In this document: positions 8,177-17,182 of the stretch, one piece after another
How the letters are laid out: each line of letters opens with the position of its first letter
Numbering within the stretch: position 1 is the first letter of the stretch
NCBI GenBank assembly: GCA_045659365.1
Contig: JAZOWT010000105.1
Location: 1-52,059, forward strand
DNA length: 52,059 bases
Direction: 5' to 3'
Source of the DNA: Eubacteriales bacterium
Lineage (GTDB): Bacteria > Bacillota > Clostridia > Oscillospirales > CAG-272
The notes under the pieces: model-generated
Told to the model about the DNA's origin: nothing
Seen by the model: the letters and a program-made list of their open reading frames with translations, nothing else
The model's database searches: none
Position numbers and translations under genes: made by a program

Positions 8177-9406
8177 TTACTCGGTAACTATTTTCGCGAT
8201 TCTGACAACGACGCTCTGGCCGTAGGGCTGGGGTGTCGGGTAGAGCTTTACCCTGTCACCGTCCTGCTTATATTCCACTGCATCGCCACTCTCAAGCCAT
8301 GTGATGCTCTTCACCTTGGCACCAAGGTCAAGGCTGATCGAGTATCCCTCGCGCTGGTCATCAGTAAGGGCAACGTTACGGTTGCCGCCCATAGGAAGCT
8401 CGTGGCAGAAGAGGTAGTAGGCATTCTCGCCCTGCATTACAAAGTCGTCACCGTCTACCTCGATCTGAGTAGGCTTTGTACCGACACAAGCCTCGGAAAA
8501 TTTGTCGATCCATTCACCAAGAGTGCGAAGCATCGCGGTATCGAGGGTGCGAAGCTTTCCGCTTGCCAGAGGGCCGACGTTCATAAGGAAGTTGGAGCCA
8601 AAGCGACGGCAAACACAGTAATCGCGGATTATATCTGCAAGGGACTTGAAGTTGTAGTCAAGAGATGCATAGCCCCAGTGATCGCCAAACACCTGACACA
8701 TCTCGCTGGCGATATACTTAGGCGAGTCGCCCATATTGATGGGCTGAGGCTTACCGCGCTCAAAGGTAACCGAGTCAAGCTCGATATGTCCGAGCGCACC
8801 TCTTGCATGCAGACCGGTGTTGTTGATTATCATCGCATCGGGCTGGTGCTTACGGATAAGGGAGTAGAGAGCATCCTCCTCCCAGTCGGCACCCTTTTTA
8901 TCCCACGTGCCGTCAAACCAGAGTCCGCCGATCTTACCGTAGCGGGTGCAGAGTATCTCAACGCTTGCGCGAAGATATTCAAGGTACTTTTTGAAATCGT
9001 TGTTGTAGCTTTCCTCATGCCAGTCAACGAGGGTGTGATAGAAGAAAGGAACAATGCCCTCGGTATTACAAGCATCTACAAACTCGCGAATAAGATCGCG
9101 TCCGGCAAGAGCATGAGGTGCATCGTAATCACTGATCGGCGAAGCATCATAGAGGGAGAATCCCTCGTGATGACGGGTGGTGAGGGTTATGTATTTACAG
9201 CCTGCCGCCTTCGCGGTTTTTACAAGCTCGATCGCCCAGTCGGGATCGGGGTTAAAGCGTTCGGGAAGCTTCGAGTATTCCACGGGGTCAAGCTTACAGG
9301 AATAAAGCGACCACTCTCCCCTGCCGATTATACTATAAAGACCGAAATGAACGAACATTCCAAACTCAAGTGCTTCAAAATTCTTAATACGTTGCTCAAT
9401 TATCAT
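8177..9406 (-). CDS. Alpha-L-fucosidase (GH29)
   Basis: FGMFVHFG, TTRHHEGF, LWFDG and LMNVGP motifs. ATG at 9406 has an AAGGAG RBS. Confidence 0.88.
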   Translation of the reverse strand: MIIEQRIKNFEALEFGMFVHFGLYSIIGRGEWSLYSCKLDPVEYSKLPERFNPDPDWAIELVKTAKAAGCKYITLTTRHHEGFSLYDASPISDYDAPHALAGRDLIREFVDACNTEGIVPFFYHTLVDWHEESYNNDFKKYLEYLRASVEILCTRYGKIGGLWFDGTWDKKGADWEEDALYSLIRKHQPDAMIINNTGLHARGALGHIELDSVTFERGKPQPINMGDSPKYIASEMCQVFGDHWGYASLDYNFKSLADIIRDYCVCRRFGSNFLMNVGPLASGKLRTLDTAMLRTLGEWIDKFSEACVGTKPTQIEVDGDDFVMQGENAYYLFCHELPMGGNRNVALTDDQREGYSISLDLGAKVKSITWLESGDAVEYKQDGDRVKLYPTPQPYGQSVVVRIAKIVTE

Positions 9407-9416
9407 GACATTCTCC

Positions 9417-9908
9417 TTAAAATACAGTCGCAAAAATTACGCCGGTTACTCCGAATGCGATTCCTGTAAGTCCGCCGCAGACCACGTCGCGCACAAAGTG
9501 TATGCCGAGCAGCACGCGTGTTGTGGCAATAAGGATCGCAAGAATTAAAAGTGCCGCAAAAACCATGGGGCTTACCAGCCATGAGAGTGTAGAGATGACA
9601 AACGCGGAATAGCAATGTCTACTCGGGAACGATTCACCCTTTTTCTCTCTCGGCTTAACTGTGTAAAAGCTGTAAACCTCGTAGGGCCTTGGGAGATTTA
9701 TAAGCTTTCTGGCAACGGTCACGGCAAGATATCCGATCGCCGCCGCACCGGCAGCAATAACCGCATCAAGCCAATCGTCACCAAGAGCGAGAATCACCAG
9801 GTTTAAAGCGAAAAAGACAACGTTTGTACAGACACATGCCTTACCGATAATGGCGAGGCACTTTTTCTTTTTTTCAGATGCATATACAGTACGTAACAGC
9901 TTCTCCAT
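9417..9908 (-). CDS. PAP2 family membrane phosphatase
   Basis: K-x5-RP, SFPSRH and TRVLLGIHF..D motifs. ATG at 9908 has a GGAGG RBS. Confidence 0.85.
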   Translation of the reverse strand: MEKLLRTVYASEKKKKCLAIIGKACVCTNVVFFALNLVILALGDDWLDAVIAAGAAAIGYLAVTVARKLINLPRPYEVYSFYTVKPREKKGESFPSRHCYSAFVISTLSWLVSPMVFAALLILAILIATTRVLLGIHFVRDVVCGGLTGIAFGVTGVIFATVF

Positions 9909-10000
9909 CCTTAACCTCCCTGCGATTTCTATCAAGGAGATTTTAACACACAATTGAAGAGAAAGTCAATAGATTTACATTATTTTTAAAAAGTATGCAC

Positions 10001-12355
10001 CTATGCCGCGAGCACGCGCATGACCGAAACGGTGAGGTCATCTTTGGTTTTTGATTTTTCACGCGCCAGGGCAAGAAGCTCCTCGGCATACTCACCCGCC
10101 GATTTGTTGGTAGGCTTAGCAAGAAATTCAAGTAGCCACGGCACCTCATCCGGAAGCACCGAAACACCGTCAGAGAGCATTACGACGTAGTCGCCGCCCT
10201 CAACCCTTGCCACAACGCGCTCCGAATCCACGGAGGAGGAAAGCCCTACGGGAGCGGTGCGGGAGCGGATGCGGTATATCGAATCATTATGCTTGACGTA
10301 CGAGGGGGCGGCGCCGCATTTTGTGAAGCTCGCTTCCCCTGTGACAAGGTCAAACGAAAATATATCAACAGTGGTCGAGCACTCCTCACCGCGGTGCTTG
10401 ATTATGCCGCTTAGGGAGTCGAGCACCAAGGACTCGTTACCGGTACGAAGCATCTCGGAAAGAAAACGACAGGCAAACCGGGAGGTACGCATAGCCACAA
10501 CGCCCGAGCCCATTCCGTCACAAAGCAGAGAATAAAAAACCTCGCCGCGCTCTACAAAGTCGACACTGTCGCCCGAAAGACCGGTGCTGGGAGAGGCAAG
10601 CGAGGCTGTCGCGCTCTCAATTTTCCACACGGGTGCGGTCTTACACTCCAAAACGGTGATATTTTCACTGCTCTCGCAGGACAAAATCTCAAGCCGCGAT
10701 CCCATCACCCGACCAAGCTCGGAGAGTACGTTAGCGGTGGCAAGCTCCCTGCCGGGCGATTGCTCGGCGGCAACGATAACTCTACCCTTTCCTTCCCCTA
10801 AAACGCGCACACACCCCTCGGGAAACCCAAGAGATACAAGCGCACCGGTAAGCCTTTCTGATAAAGCCACGTCAATTTCAGATAAATTCATAGCATCAAG
10901 CCGACTGCCGCCAATCAGCTTGGATATGACCTCATATTCGCCGGCAAGGTCATCCATCCGGCATTTCTCGTAGCACTCGCGCTCATACTCTCCACACAGA
11001 TGTAGTAGCTCCTCGCAAACCTTCTCTGCGCCCTCCGAATGCCCCAAAACACGGGCTATATCCACCGCGCAAACGCACTCGCCCTTATATAGCTTTGATG
11101 CAATTGCATCGATTTTTTCTTCACACGGGGTGGGGTCAAGCGAGGACGTGGCAACTATAACGATATTCCTGTACTCCTCAAAATCGCCACGCGACGATCC
11201 CTGCCCATACTCCTTGATAGCACCTGCCGCGAGAATCAATGAGGACTCAAGCGAGTCGGACTCGCGAAGCTTGTCACGACACCGTCTTACCGCCTCGTCG
11301 GCTACCGTTTGTCCAAGATGAGAGCTCTTGGCAACCTCCTCAGTGCCGGACTCCCGCCTTGCGCCCTTCAAATACGGAGTCATCAGCATGGCGGCAATAC
11401 CATACTCGGGCATGGTTGAGAGAAAATCAACAAGCCCACCGGCATAAGCACACCAAGCGCAAAGAAGCGCGCCGCCACCAAACAAGGCATATCCAAGCCC
11501 GATAGAGAAAAGAAGCCCCGAGCCAAGTCCGGCAAGGGCAAAGGCGACGGCCCCGGTAGCACTTATACCTATCGCACTCACAAAGCCCACAACACCTGCG
11601 CGTATAGGCCCGAACCTGCGAGCCACGAAGAGGGTTATTGCACCGACGAATATGTAGGAAAGCGAGATACCGAAGAAATCGTATCCATCAAGAGAAAACG
11701 CAGTAAAAAAGCAAAGCAAAAGTGAGGAGATCTGAAAGAGGATGAGCGCCGCGCTCTCGCGATCATTTCGCTTGCCGGAAAATATCCTGCGCCCCTTTCC
11801 GAAAAGCTCGACAGGATCTATATCATAGGTGAATACACCGAAGAACGAAAAGGCCAATGCGACCGTTAAGAGCACACCCGTGCAACCAAAAAGGATAGAT
11901 GAGAGTGAAAACGAGCCCAAAAGAACCTGGTAAAGCGCACCAACAAACGAGCCTATCGCCGCCGATGCTACCCTCATCACGTACGGCTCACAGAAAAGCC
12001 GCTCAGCCATGCCGTCCTCACCCTTGATGCCGCCCGAAATTATGATGCGCAGAAACACGATTATCAGTGATATTATTGCATGCAAAAGCCCGGTACGGCC
12101 GAGCGAAAGCGATCCAAAAAGCATACCCGCAAGTGCCACTCCCACGCGGGATGGAAGTGTGGCGACGAGCGCCGCACCAAGGGGGTATGAGCCGAATGCT
12201 ATATGACAACGCGAGAAAAACAGAGAGAGCAGAAGCACCGAGATATCCACGACGATCGCGCCCTTTGTCTGCCGTCTGCGCTCAGCCTCCCGCCTTGCGC
12301 TTGAAATTATTCCGTCGAAAAACGACCAGCGCTTAGGTGTTTTTCTTTTATCCAT
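10001..12355 (-). CDS. spoIIE: Stage II sporulation protein E (membrane PP2C phosphatase)
   Basis: N-terminal multi-TM region plus C-terminal PP2C motifs SGD, CDGMGSG, TTVD, LSDGV and DDLTV. Confidence 0.85.
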   Translation of the reverse strand: MDKRKTPKRWSFFDGIISSARREAERRRQTKGAIVVDISVLLLSLFFSRCHIAFGSYPLGAALVATLPSRVGVALAGMLFGSLSLGRTGLLHAIISLIIVFLRIIISGGIKGEDGMAERLFCEPYVMRVASAAIGSFVGALYQVLLGSFSLSSILFGCTGVLLTVALAFSFFGVFTYDIDPVELFGKGRRIFSGKRNDRESAALILFQISSLLLCFFTAFSLDGYDFFGISLSYIFVGAITLFVARRFGPIRAGVVGFVSAIGISATGAVAFALAGLGSGLLFSIGLGYALFGGGALLCAWCAYAGGLVDFLSTMPEYGIAAMLMTPYLKGARRESGTEEVAKSSHLGQTVADEAVRRCRDKLRESDSLESSLILAAGAIKEYGQGSSRGDFEEYRNIVIVATSSLDPTPCEEKIDAIASKLYKGECVCAVDIARVLGHSEGAEKVCEELLHLCGEYERECYEKCRMDDLAGEYEVISKLIGGSRLDAMNLSEIDVALSERLTGALVSLGFPEGCVRVLGEGKGRVIVAAEQSPGRELATANVLSELGRVMGSRLEILSCESSENITVLECKTAPVWKIESATASLASPSTGLSGDSVDFVERGEVFYSLLCDGMGSGVVAMRTSRFACRFLSEMLRTGNESLVLDSLSGIIKHRGEECSTTVDIFSFDLVTGEASFTKCGAAPSYVKHNDSIYRIRSRTAPVGLSSSVDSERVVARVEGGDYVVMLSDGVSVLPDEVPWLLEFLAKPTNKSAGEYAEELLALAREKSKTKDDLTVSVMRVLAA

Positions 12356-12554
12356 AAAACAACCTTCCTTCTTATTTAAAGTTATATCCCGATTTTACCA
12401 CGTCGTATCAAAAAATACCGTCGCTTTTTGCGAGCGGCGGGGTAAAAGGCATGACGGTGGCGGCAGAATGCTGTAAAACCCTGTCGCAGGGTGGGGAGTG
12501 CGGTTGATTTGTGAGAAAATTTGCTTTATTTAAACCGAATATTCAGGGCGGTTA

Positions 12555-12583
12555 TTGAAATACGCTTTATTTTATGATAAAAT
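12555..12583 (+). promoter_or_regulatory. sigmaA promoter of truB-addA
   Basis: TTGAAA-17 bp-TAAAAT with TG extension. Confidence 0.7.
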
Positions 12584-12607
12584 ATTTACAAAACGTTTGA
12601 CGATGGG

Positions 12608-13513
12608 ATGGAGACCAAGGTGAAAAGCGGAGCAGTTATAATATACAAGGAACAGAATATGTCCTCGCAGGGAGCGGTGTCACGCCTGAAGCGTATTTTA
12701 GGCGAGAAAAAGGCCGGCCACACCGGAACACTCGACCCGCTTGCGACCGGTGTTTTACCCATACTTGTAGGACGCGGTGTAAAGGCGAGCGAGTATATTC
12801 TCACCGAGGACAAGCACTACCGCACCACCCTGCTTCTCGGCATCACGACCGATACCGAGGACATAACCGGCACCACTCTTACGGAGTGTGACGAAATTCC
12901 CGACGAGGCGGCAGTAAGACGTGCGGTTCAGGGAATGGTTGGCGAGATCGAGCAGGTCCCCCCTATGTATTCGGCAATCAAGGTTGGTGGCAGGAAGCTT
13001 TATGACCTTGCGCGCGAGGGCAAGACCATCGAACGCGAGGCGCGTCTTATCACCGTCTACTCTATCGACTGTGAGAAGCTTTCCGATAAGGAATATGCCC
13101 TTGACGTCCACTGCTCTAAGGGAACCTACATACGCACGCTTTGTGCAGATATAGGCAAGGCGCTTGGATGCGGCGGCACGATGAAAACGCTTGAGCGCAC
13201 CGAGTGTGCCGGCTTCACCCTCAAGGATGCACACACACTTGAAGAAATAGAAAAAATGTCCGAGGAGGAGCGAGAAGCACTCATAATCCCGACCGAGGAG
13301 CTCTTCCCCACCGTTGAGTCACTGACACTCTCACCCTTTTTCACAAGGCTTGCAAGATGCGGTGTGGAGATATATTTAAAGAAGATCAACGTCACAGCAG
13401 AGGTCGGAAAGAGATTCAAGCTCTTTGACGAGAGCGGCTTTTTCGCCCTTGGAGAGGTGCGCGAGTTTGATGACGGACTCGCCATCAAGCCCATCAAGCA
13501 ATTTGATATATAA
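12608..13513 (+). CDS. truB: tRNA pseudouridine(55) synthase
   Basis: GHTGTLDPLATGVL, QVPPMYSAIKVGG and CSKGTYIRTL motifs. Confidence 0.97.
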   Translation: METKVKSGAVIIYKEQNMSSQGAVSRLKRILGEKKAGHTGTLDPLATGVLPILVGRGVKASEYILTEDKHYRTTLLLGITTDTEDITGTTLTECDEIPDEAAVRRAVQGMVGEIEQVPPMYSAIKVGGRKLYDLAREGKTIEREARLITVYSIDCEKLSDKEYALDVHCSKGTYIRTLCADIGKALGCGGTMKTLERTECAGFTLKDAHTLEEIEKMSEEEREALIIPTEELFPTVESLTLSPFFTRLARCGVEIYLKKINVTAEVGKRFKLFDESGFFALGEVREFDDGLAIKPIKQFDI

Positions 13514-13524
13514 AGGAGAAAAGC

Positions 13525-16500
13525 ATGGCAAGAGTATTCTCTAGGGAGCAGCTCTCGGCAATAGAAACGCGCGACCGCACACTGCTTGTTTCAGCGGCAG
13601 CGGGATCGGGCAAAACAACCACCCTGACCGAGCGCATTATCCGTTCCCTGCTTGACGAAAGCCGGCCTGAAAGCCTTGAAAATATGCTGATCGTAACCTT
13701 TACCAATGCCTCCACTGCCGATATGGGGCGCAAGATTGCCGAGGCGTTAAAGGAAGCGATCAAGGAAAATCCGGAAAACAAAAGACTGGAAAAGGAGCTG
13801 TATCTGCTCCCCTCCGCACGCATAAGCACGATAGACTCCTTTCTCAACGAGGTCGTCCGCACCAATGCCGAAAGGGTAGGCATACCGCCCAACTACCGAC
13901 TGGCGGAAAAGGCCGAATGCACAATACTTGAATGCGCGCTTATAGACAATCTTATAGCGGCGGCATTTGACGGCGCGCTGCCCGAGGTCGGCACACCGGA
14001 TGAATTCGAGGCAATGTGCGACTGTCTTACCGACTCAAAATCCACGCGCAATCTTTCGGATATTTTCCGACTTTTGCACAACAAAAGCAAGAGCGCGATC
14101 GAGGGTGTGGGCATTTACCAGGTTCTTGCAAACAATTATTTACAAAAAGAGGGCTTTTCCGTAGAGGATACCCCTTATGGTCAAGACCTGATAAGTCTCA
14201 CAAAGGATGCTATTAAATTTTACACGGGTATGCTCTTTGCCTTAGCAGACGAGCTTAGCGCAGGCACCGCCGCAGAGCAGGCGGATGCAGACGTACACAG
14301 ACAAAATGCAGAAAAACTCTCAGGTCTTGAAAATCTTGATACGTATGTAAAATTCCGTGACGTATTGCAAAATCTCAAATTTGCGGATATGCCACGCTGC
14401 CCCAAAAACGACCACACCGAGATGCTTGATTTCGGGCGCGACGAGTTTACAAAAATCAAGAAGCAATTAAGCAAGCATTACACCGAATTTTATATCTACA
14501 CCGAGGAAATGTGGCGCGCGCTTTTCTCCGAGCTTTACTCAAAGCTTTCCTGCCTTGCAAGGTTTATGAAGGTCTTTGACACTGCATACACAAGAGAAAA
14601 GGTGAAGCGCGGAATGCTCGAGCACTCTGACGTTTCACGTTTTGCTTATGCCTGCCTTTACGATGAGGACGGTAAGCCGAGCGATATCGCCGAGGCATAT
14701 GCAAAGCGCTTCACGTCTGTATATATAGACGAGTATCAGGACGTCAACGCGCTTCAGGACGCGATCTTCTCAGCTGTTTCAAAAAACAACCGCTTCATGG
14801 TTGGAGATATAAAGCAGTCTATATATAGCTTCCGATCCGCAAAGCCGGAAATATTCGCAGAGATGAAGAGCCGTTTTCCGAAGCTCGAGAGCGGCACGTA
14901 TACCCCCGCATCATCCATCTTCATGTCACAGAACTTCCGTTGTGACCGAGGCATCATCGACTTTACCAACGAGGTCTTTGACCGTATGTTCGGCATAGTC
15001 AAGGACAGCATCGGATTTATGCCCGAGGATGCGCTTGTATTCTCAAAGGTATATAAGGATGGCAAGGAGCCACCCTACCAGCCAACACAGATATATCTTA
15101 TCAAAAAGCCGGAGAGCGACGATCTTCTTGAAGAAAAAACCTACGAGCTTCGCTTTATCGCAAGAAAGATACGCGAGCTTATAGATACCGGACACCTCGC
15201 AAACGGCGATGCGATCAAGCCCTCCGACATAGCTATTCTTCTTCGTAAAAAGGACGGCATCGAGAGTCTCGCGGCAGCACTCGAGGACGAGGGTGTGCCC
15301 TGTGAGGCGTCAAACCCGCCCGGATACTTTATGAATTCCGAGGTGCTTCTGACACTCTGCCTTCTCAACGCGATCGACAATCCGCAAAAGGACGTATATC
15401 TGGCGGGACTCATGTGCTCGCCGCTTTACGGCTTCACGGCCGACGATCTTCTGACCTACCGCATGACCGACCGCGACGGCACACTCTGGCGCGCGGTATG
15501 TAAATATGCCGAGGAAAGTCCGGAGGACGAAAGACTCAAGCGCTTCATCTCCTCGCTCGCACATTACAGATGCCTTGCCGAGGGAATGAACGTCGATGCA
15601 CTTATCTGGCGACTTTACAACGAAACGGGACTTCTTGCCCTTGCATCAAAGCACGGCGGCAAGGACAACCTGATGCTCTTGTATAACTACGCGCGTAAGT
15701 TTGAGGGCTCCTCATTCAAGGGGCTTTACAGCTTTATAAACTACGTAAATAACGTTGCCGCGCGCGACGACGGACTCGAGGACTCGGACAACAAGCTTAC
15801 CGACAACAACACCGTTAAGATCCTGACGGTGCATTCCTCAAAGGGACTTGAGTACCCGATCGTGTTCCTTTCTGAGGCATCGCGCAAGCTTACCAACAGA
15901 GACCTGAATGACCGCATCGCGTATGCAGAGGGATACGGAATGTCCTTTAATCTTCGCGGCCCCGACGGACTCTCGCTGGTGCGAAACCCAATACAGAGCA
16001 TCATACACGAAAGAATAAACCGCAAGTTCTACGAGGAGGAGCTTCGAATCCTGTACGTAGCACTCACACGAGCAAAGGAGCGCCTGTTTGTTACCGGTGA
16101 TATGAAGGCAAAGTCACCCGAGGCATACTTTGCGGAAATGGAGATCAGCGGACAGGCACTGACACCGTTTGGTATAACCAGGCTTAACTCCTACCTCGAT
16201 ATGATAATGGCCTCCGGCGCCGGCGCCAAGGTCGAATATATCGACGATTTCGACCCCCAGGATGCACAGGATGTCTTAAATATCCCGGAACGTACACCGA
16301 ATTTCAATACCGCAGTCGAAAACTCAACCGACGGTGCCGACAAGATCTACAAGGAAATATTGGAGCGATTCCTTTACGAATACCCCCACCGCGTGGCTAC
16401 CGAGATCCCCGAAAAGATGTCGGTTTCCAGGCTTTATCCCACTGTTCTTGACGGCAGTGAGGAGTCGGTTCTGCTCTTTGATGACGGGAAAGCGGAGCAC

Positions 16501-17127
16501 GAGGCGGCAGAGGGAGAGGTTGTGCGCCGTAATGCCCTACCCGACTTTATGACGGGCACCGAGGCGGACGAGAGCGCGCGCCGCGGAATTGCCACACACA
16601 TGGTGCTTCAGTTCTGCGACCTTGAAAATTTGAAATCAAACGGCGCACGCGCAGAGCTTGAAAGACTGCACGACCTGGACTTTCTCTCATCGCGCAACAA
16701 GGATAGAGTACGTATCCGTGAGATCGACCTTTTTGCAAGATCCGAGCTGTTCCAAAGAATGCTGACAGCGAAAACGCTTTACCGAGAATTGCGCTTCAAC
16801 TGTCGCTTGCCTGCCCACCTTTTCACCAAGAATGAGGAAAAACAGGCCGAATTACGCGACACGGGTATACTCGTACAGGGTGTTATCGACTGTCTGATAG
16901 AAGATGGCGAGGGCAGGCTACACCTTGTAGATTACAAGACCGACCGACTGACTAAGGAGGAGCTTGCCGACGTTGATGCCGCATCAAAAAAGCTTAACAG
17001 TAAGCATGCATTACAGCTTTCGTACTATGCTATGGCAGTCAAGAAAATGTTCGGACGTGAGCCAAGCACAGTCAGTGTATATTCAATGCCCCTCGGTCGC
17101 ACGGTAGCGATCGATATCAAAAAATAA
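13525..17127 (+). CDS. addA: ATP-dependent helicase/nuclease subunit A (UvrD helicase plus C-terminal PD-(D/E)xK nuclease)
   Basis: AAAGSGKT, TFT, DEYQD, VGDIKQSIYSFR, TVHSSKGLE, YVALTRA and GVID..VDYKT..QL..Y motifs; 1200 aa. Confidence 0.9.
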   Translation: MARVFSREQLSAIETRDRTLLVSAAAGSGKTTTLTERIIRSLLDESRPESLENMLIVTFTNASTADMGRKIAEALKEAIKENPENKRLEKELYLLPSARISTIDSFLNEVVRTNAERVGIPPNYRLAEKAECTILECALIDNLIAAAFDGALPEVGTPDEFEAMCDCLTDSKSTRNLSDIFRLLHNKSKSAIEGVGIYQVLANNYLQKEGFSVEDTPYGQDLISLTKDAIKFYTGMLFALADELSAGTAAEQADADVHRQNAEKLSGLENLDTYVKFRDVLQNLKFADMPRCPKNDHTEMLDFGRDEFTKIKKQLSKHYTEFYIYTEEMWRALFSELYSKLSCLARFMKVFDTAYTREKVKRGMLEHSDVSRFAYACLYDEDGKPSDIAEAYAKRFTSVYIDEYQDVNALQDAIFSAVSKNNRFMVGDIKQSIYSFRSAKPEIFAEMKSRFPKLESGTYTPASSIFMSQNFRCDRGIIDFTNEVFDRMFGIVKDSIGFMPEDALVFSKVYKDGKEPPYQPTQIYLIKKPESDDLLEEKTYELRFIARKIRELIDTGHLANGDAIKPSDIAILLRKKDGIESLAAALEDEGVPCEASNPPGYFMNSEVLLTLCLLNAIDNPQKDVYLAGLMCSPLYGFTADDLLTYRMTDRDGTLWRAVCKYAEESPEDERLKRFISSLAHYRCLAEGMNVDALIWRLYNETGLLALASKHGGKDNLMLLYNYARKFEGSSFKGLYSFINYVNNVAARDDGLEDSDNKLTDNNTVKILTVHSSKGLEYPIVFLSEASRKLTNRDLNDRIAYAEGYGMSFNLRGPDGLSLVRNPIQSIIHERINRKFYEEELRILYVALTRAKERLFVTGDMKAKSPEAYFAEMEISGQALTPFGITRLNSYLDMIMASGAGAKVEYIDDFDPQDAQDVLNIPERTPNFNTAVENSTDGADKIYKEILERFLYEYPHRVATEIPEKMSVSRLYPTVLDGSEESVLLFDDGKAEHEAAEGEVVRRNALPDFMTGTEADESARRGIATHMVLQFCDLENLKSNGARAELERLHDLDFLSSRNKDRVRIREIDLFARSELFQRMLTAKTLYRELRFNCRLPAHLFTKNEEKQAELRDTGILVQGVIDCLIEDGEGRLHLVDYKTDRLTKEELADVDAASKKLNSKHALQLSYYAMAVKKMFGREPSTVSVYSMPLGRTVAIDIKK

Positions 17128-17128
17128 A

Positions 17129-17182
17129 CAAAAAAAAGAGAGAACAAATCAGCTGAATAGCCGAGATGCTCTCTCTTTTATT
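17129..17182. terminator. Bidirectional terminator between convergent genes
   Basis: A-tract, agagaga ... tctctct stem, T-tract. Confidence 0.6.

Noticed and set aside
10001-10003. Genome-wide TAG reassignment
   Set aside because: Only one internal TAG was found in about 35 genes, and spoIIE and spoVAD end in TAG at their expected C-termini. The evidence is insufficient, though leaky read-through is not excluded.
12356-12500. Spo0A boxes upstream of spoIIE
   Set aside because: Only 1-3-mismatch heptamers are present (e.g. TGTCGCA at 12482). Biologically plausible but not distinguishable from chance by eye.
14631-14646. parS site near the origin
   Set aside because: Only a half match (gtttcacgt) to TGTTTCACGTGAAACA, inside addA.
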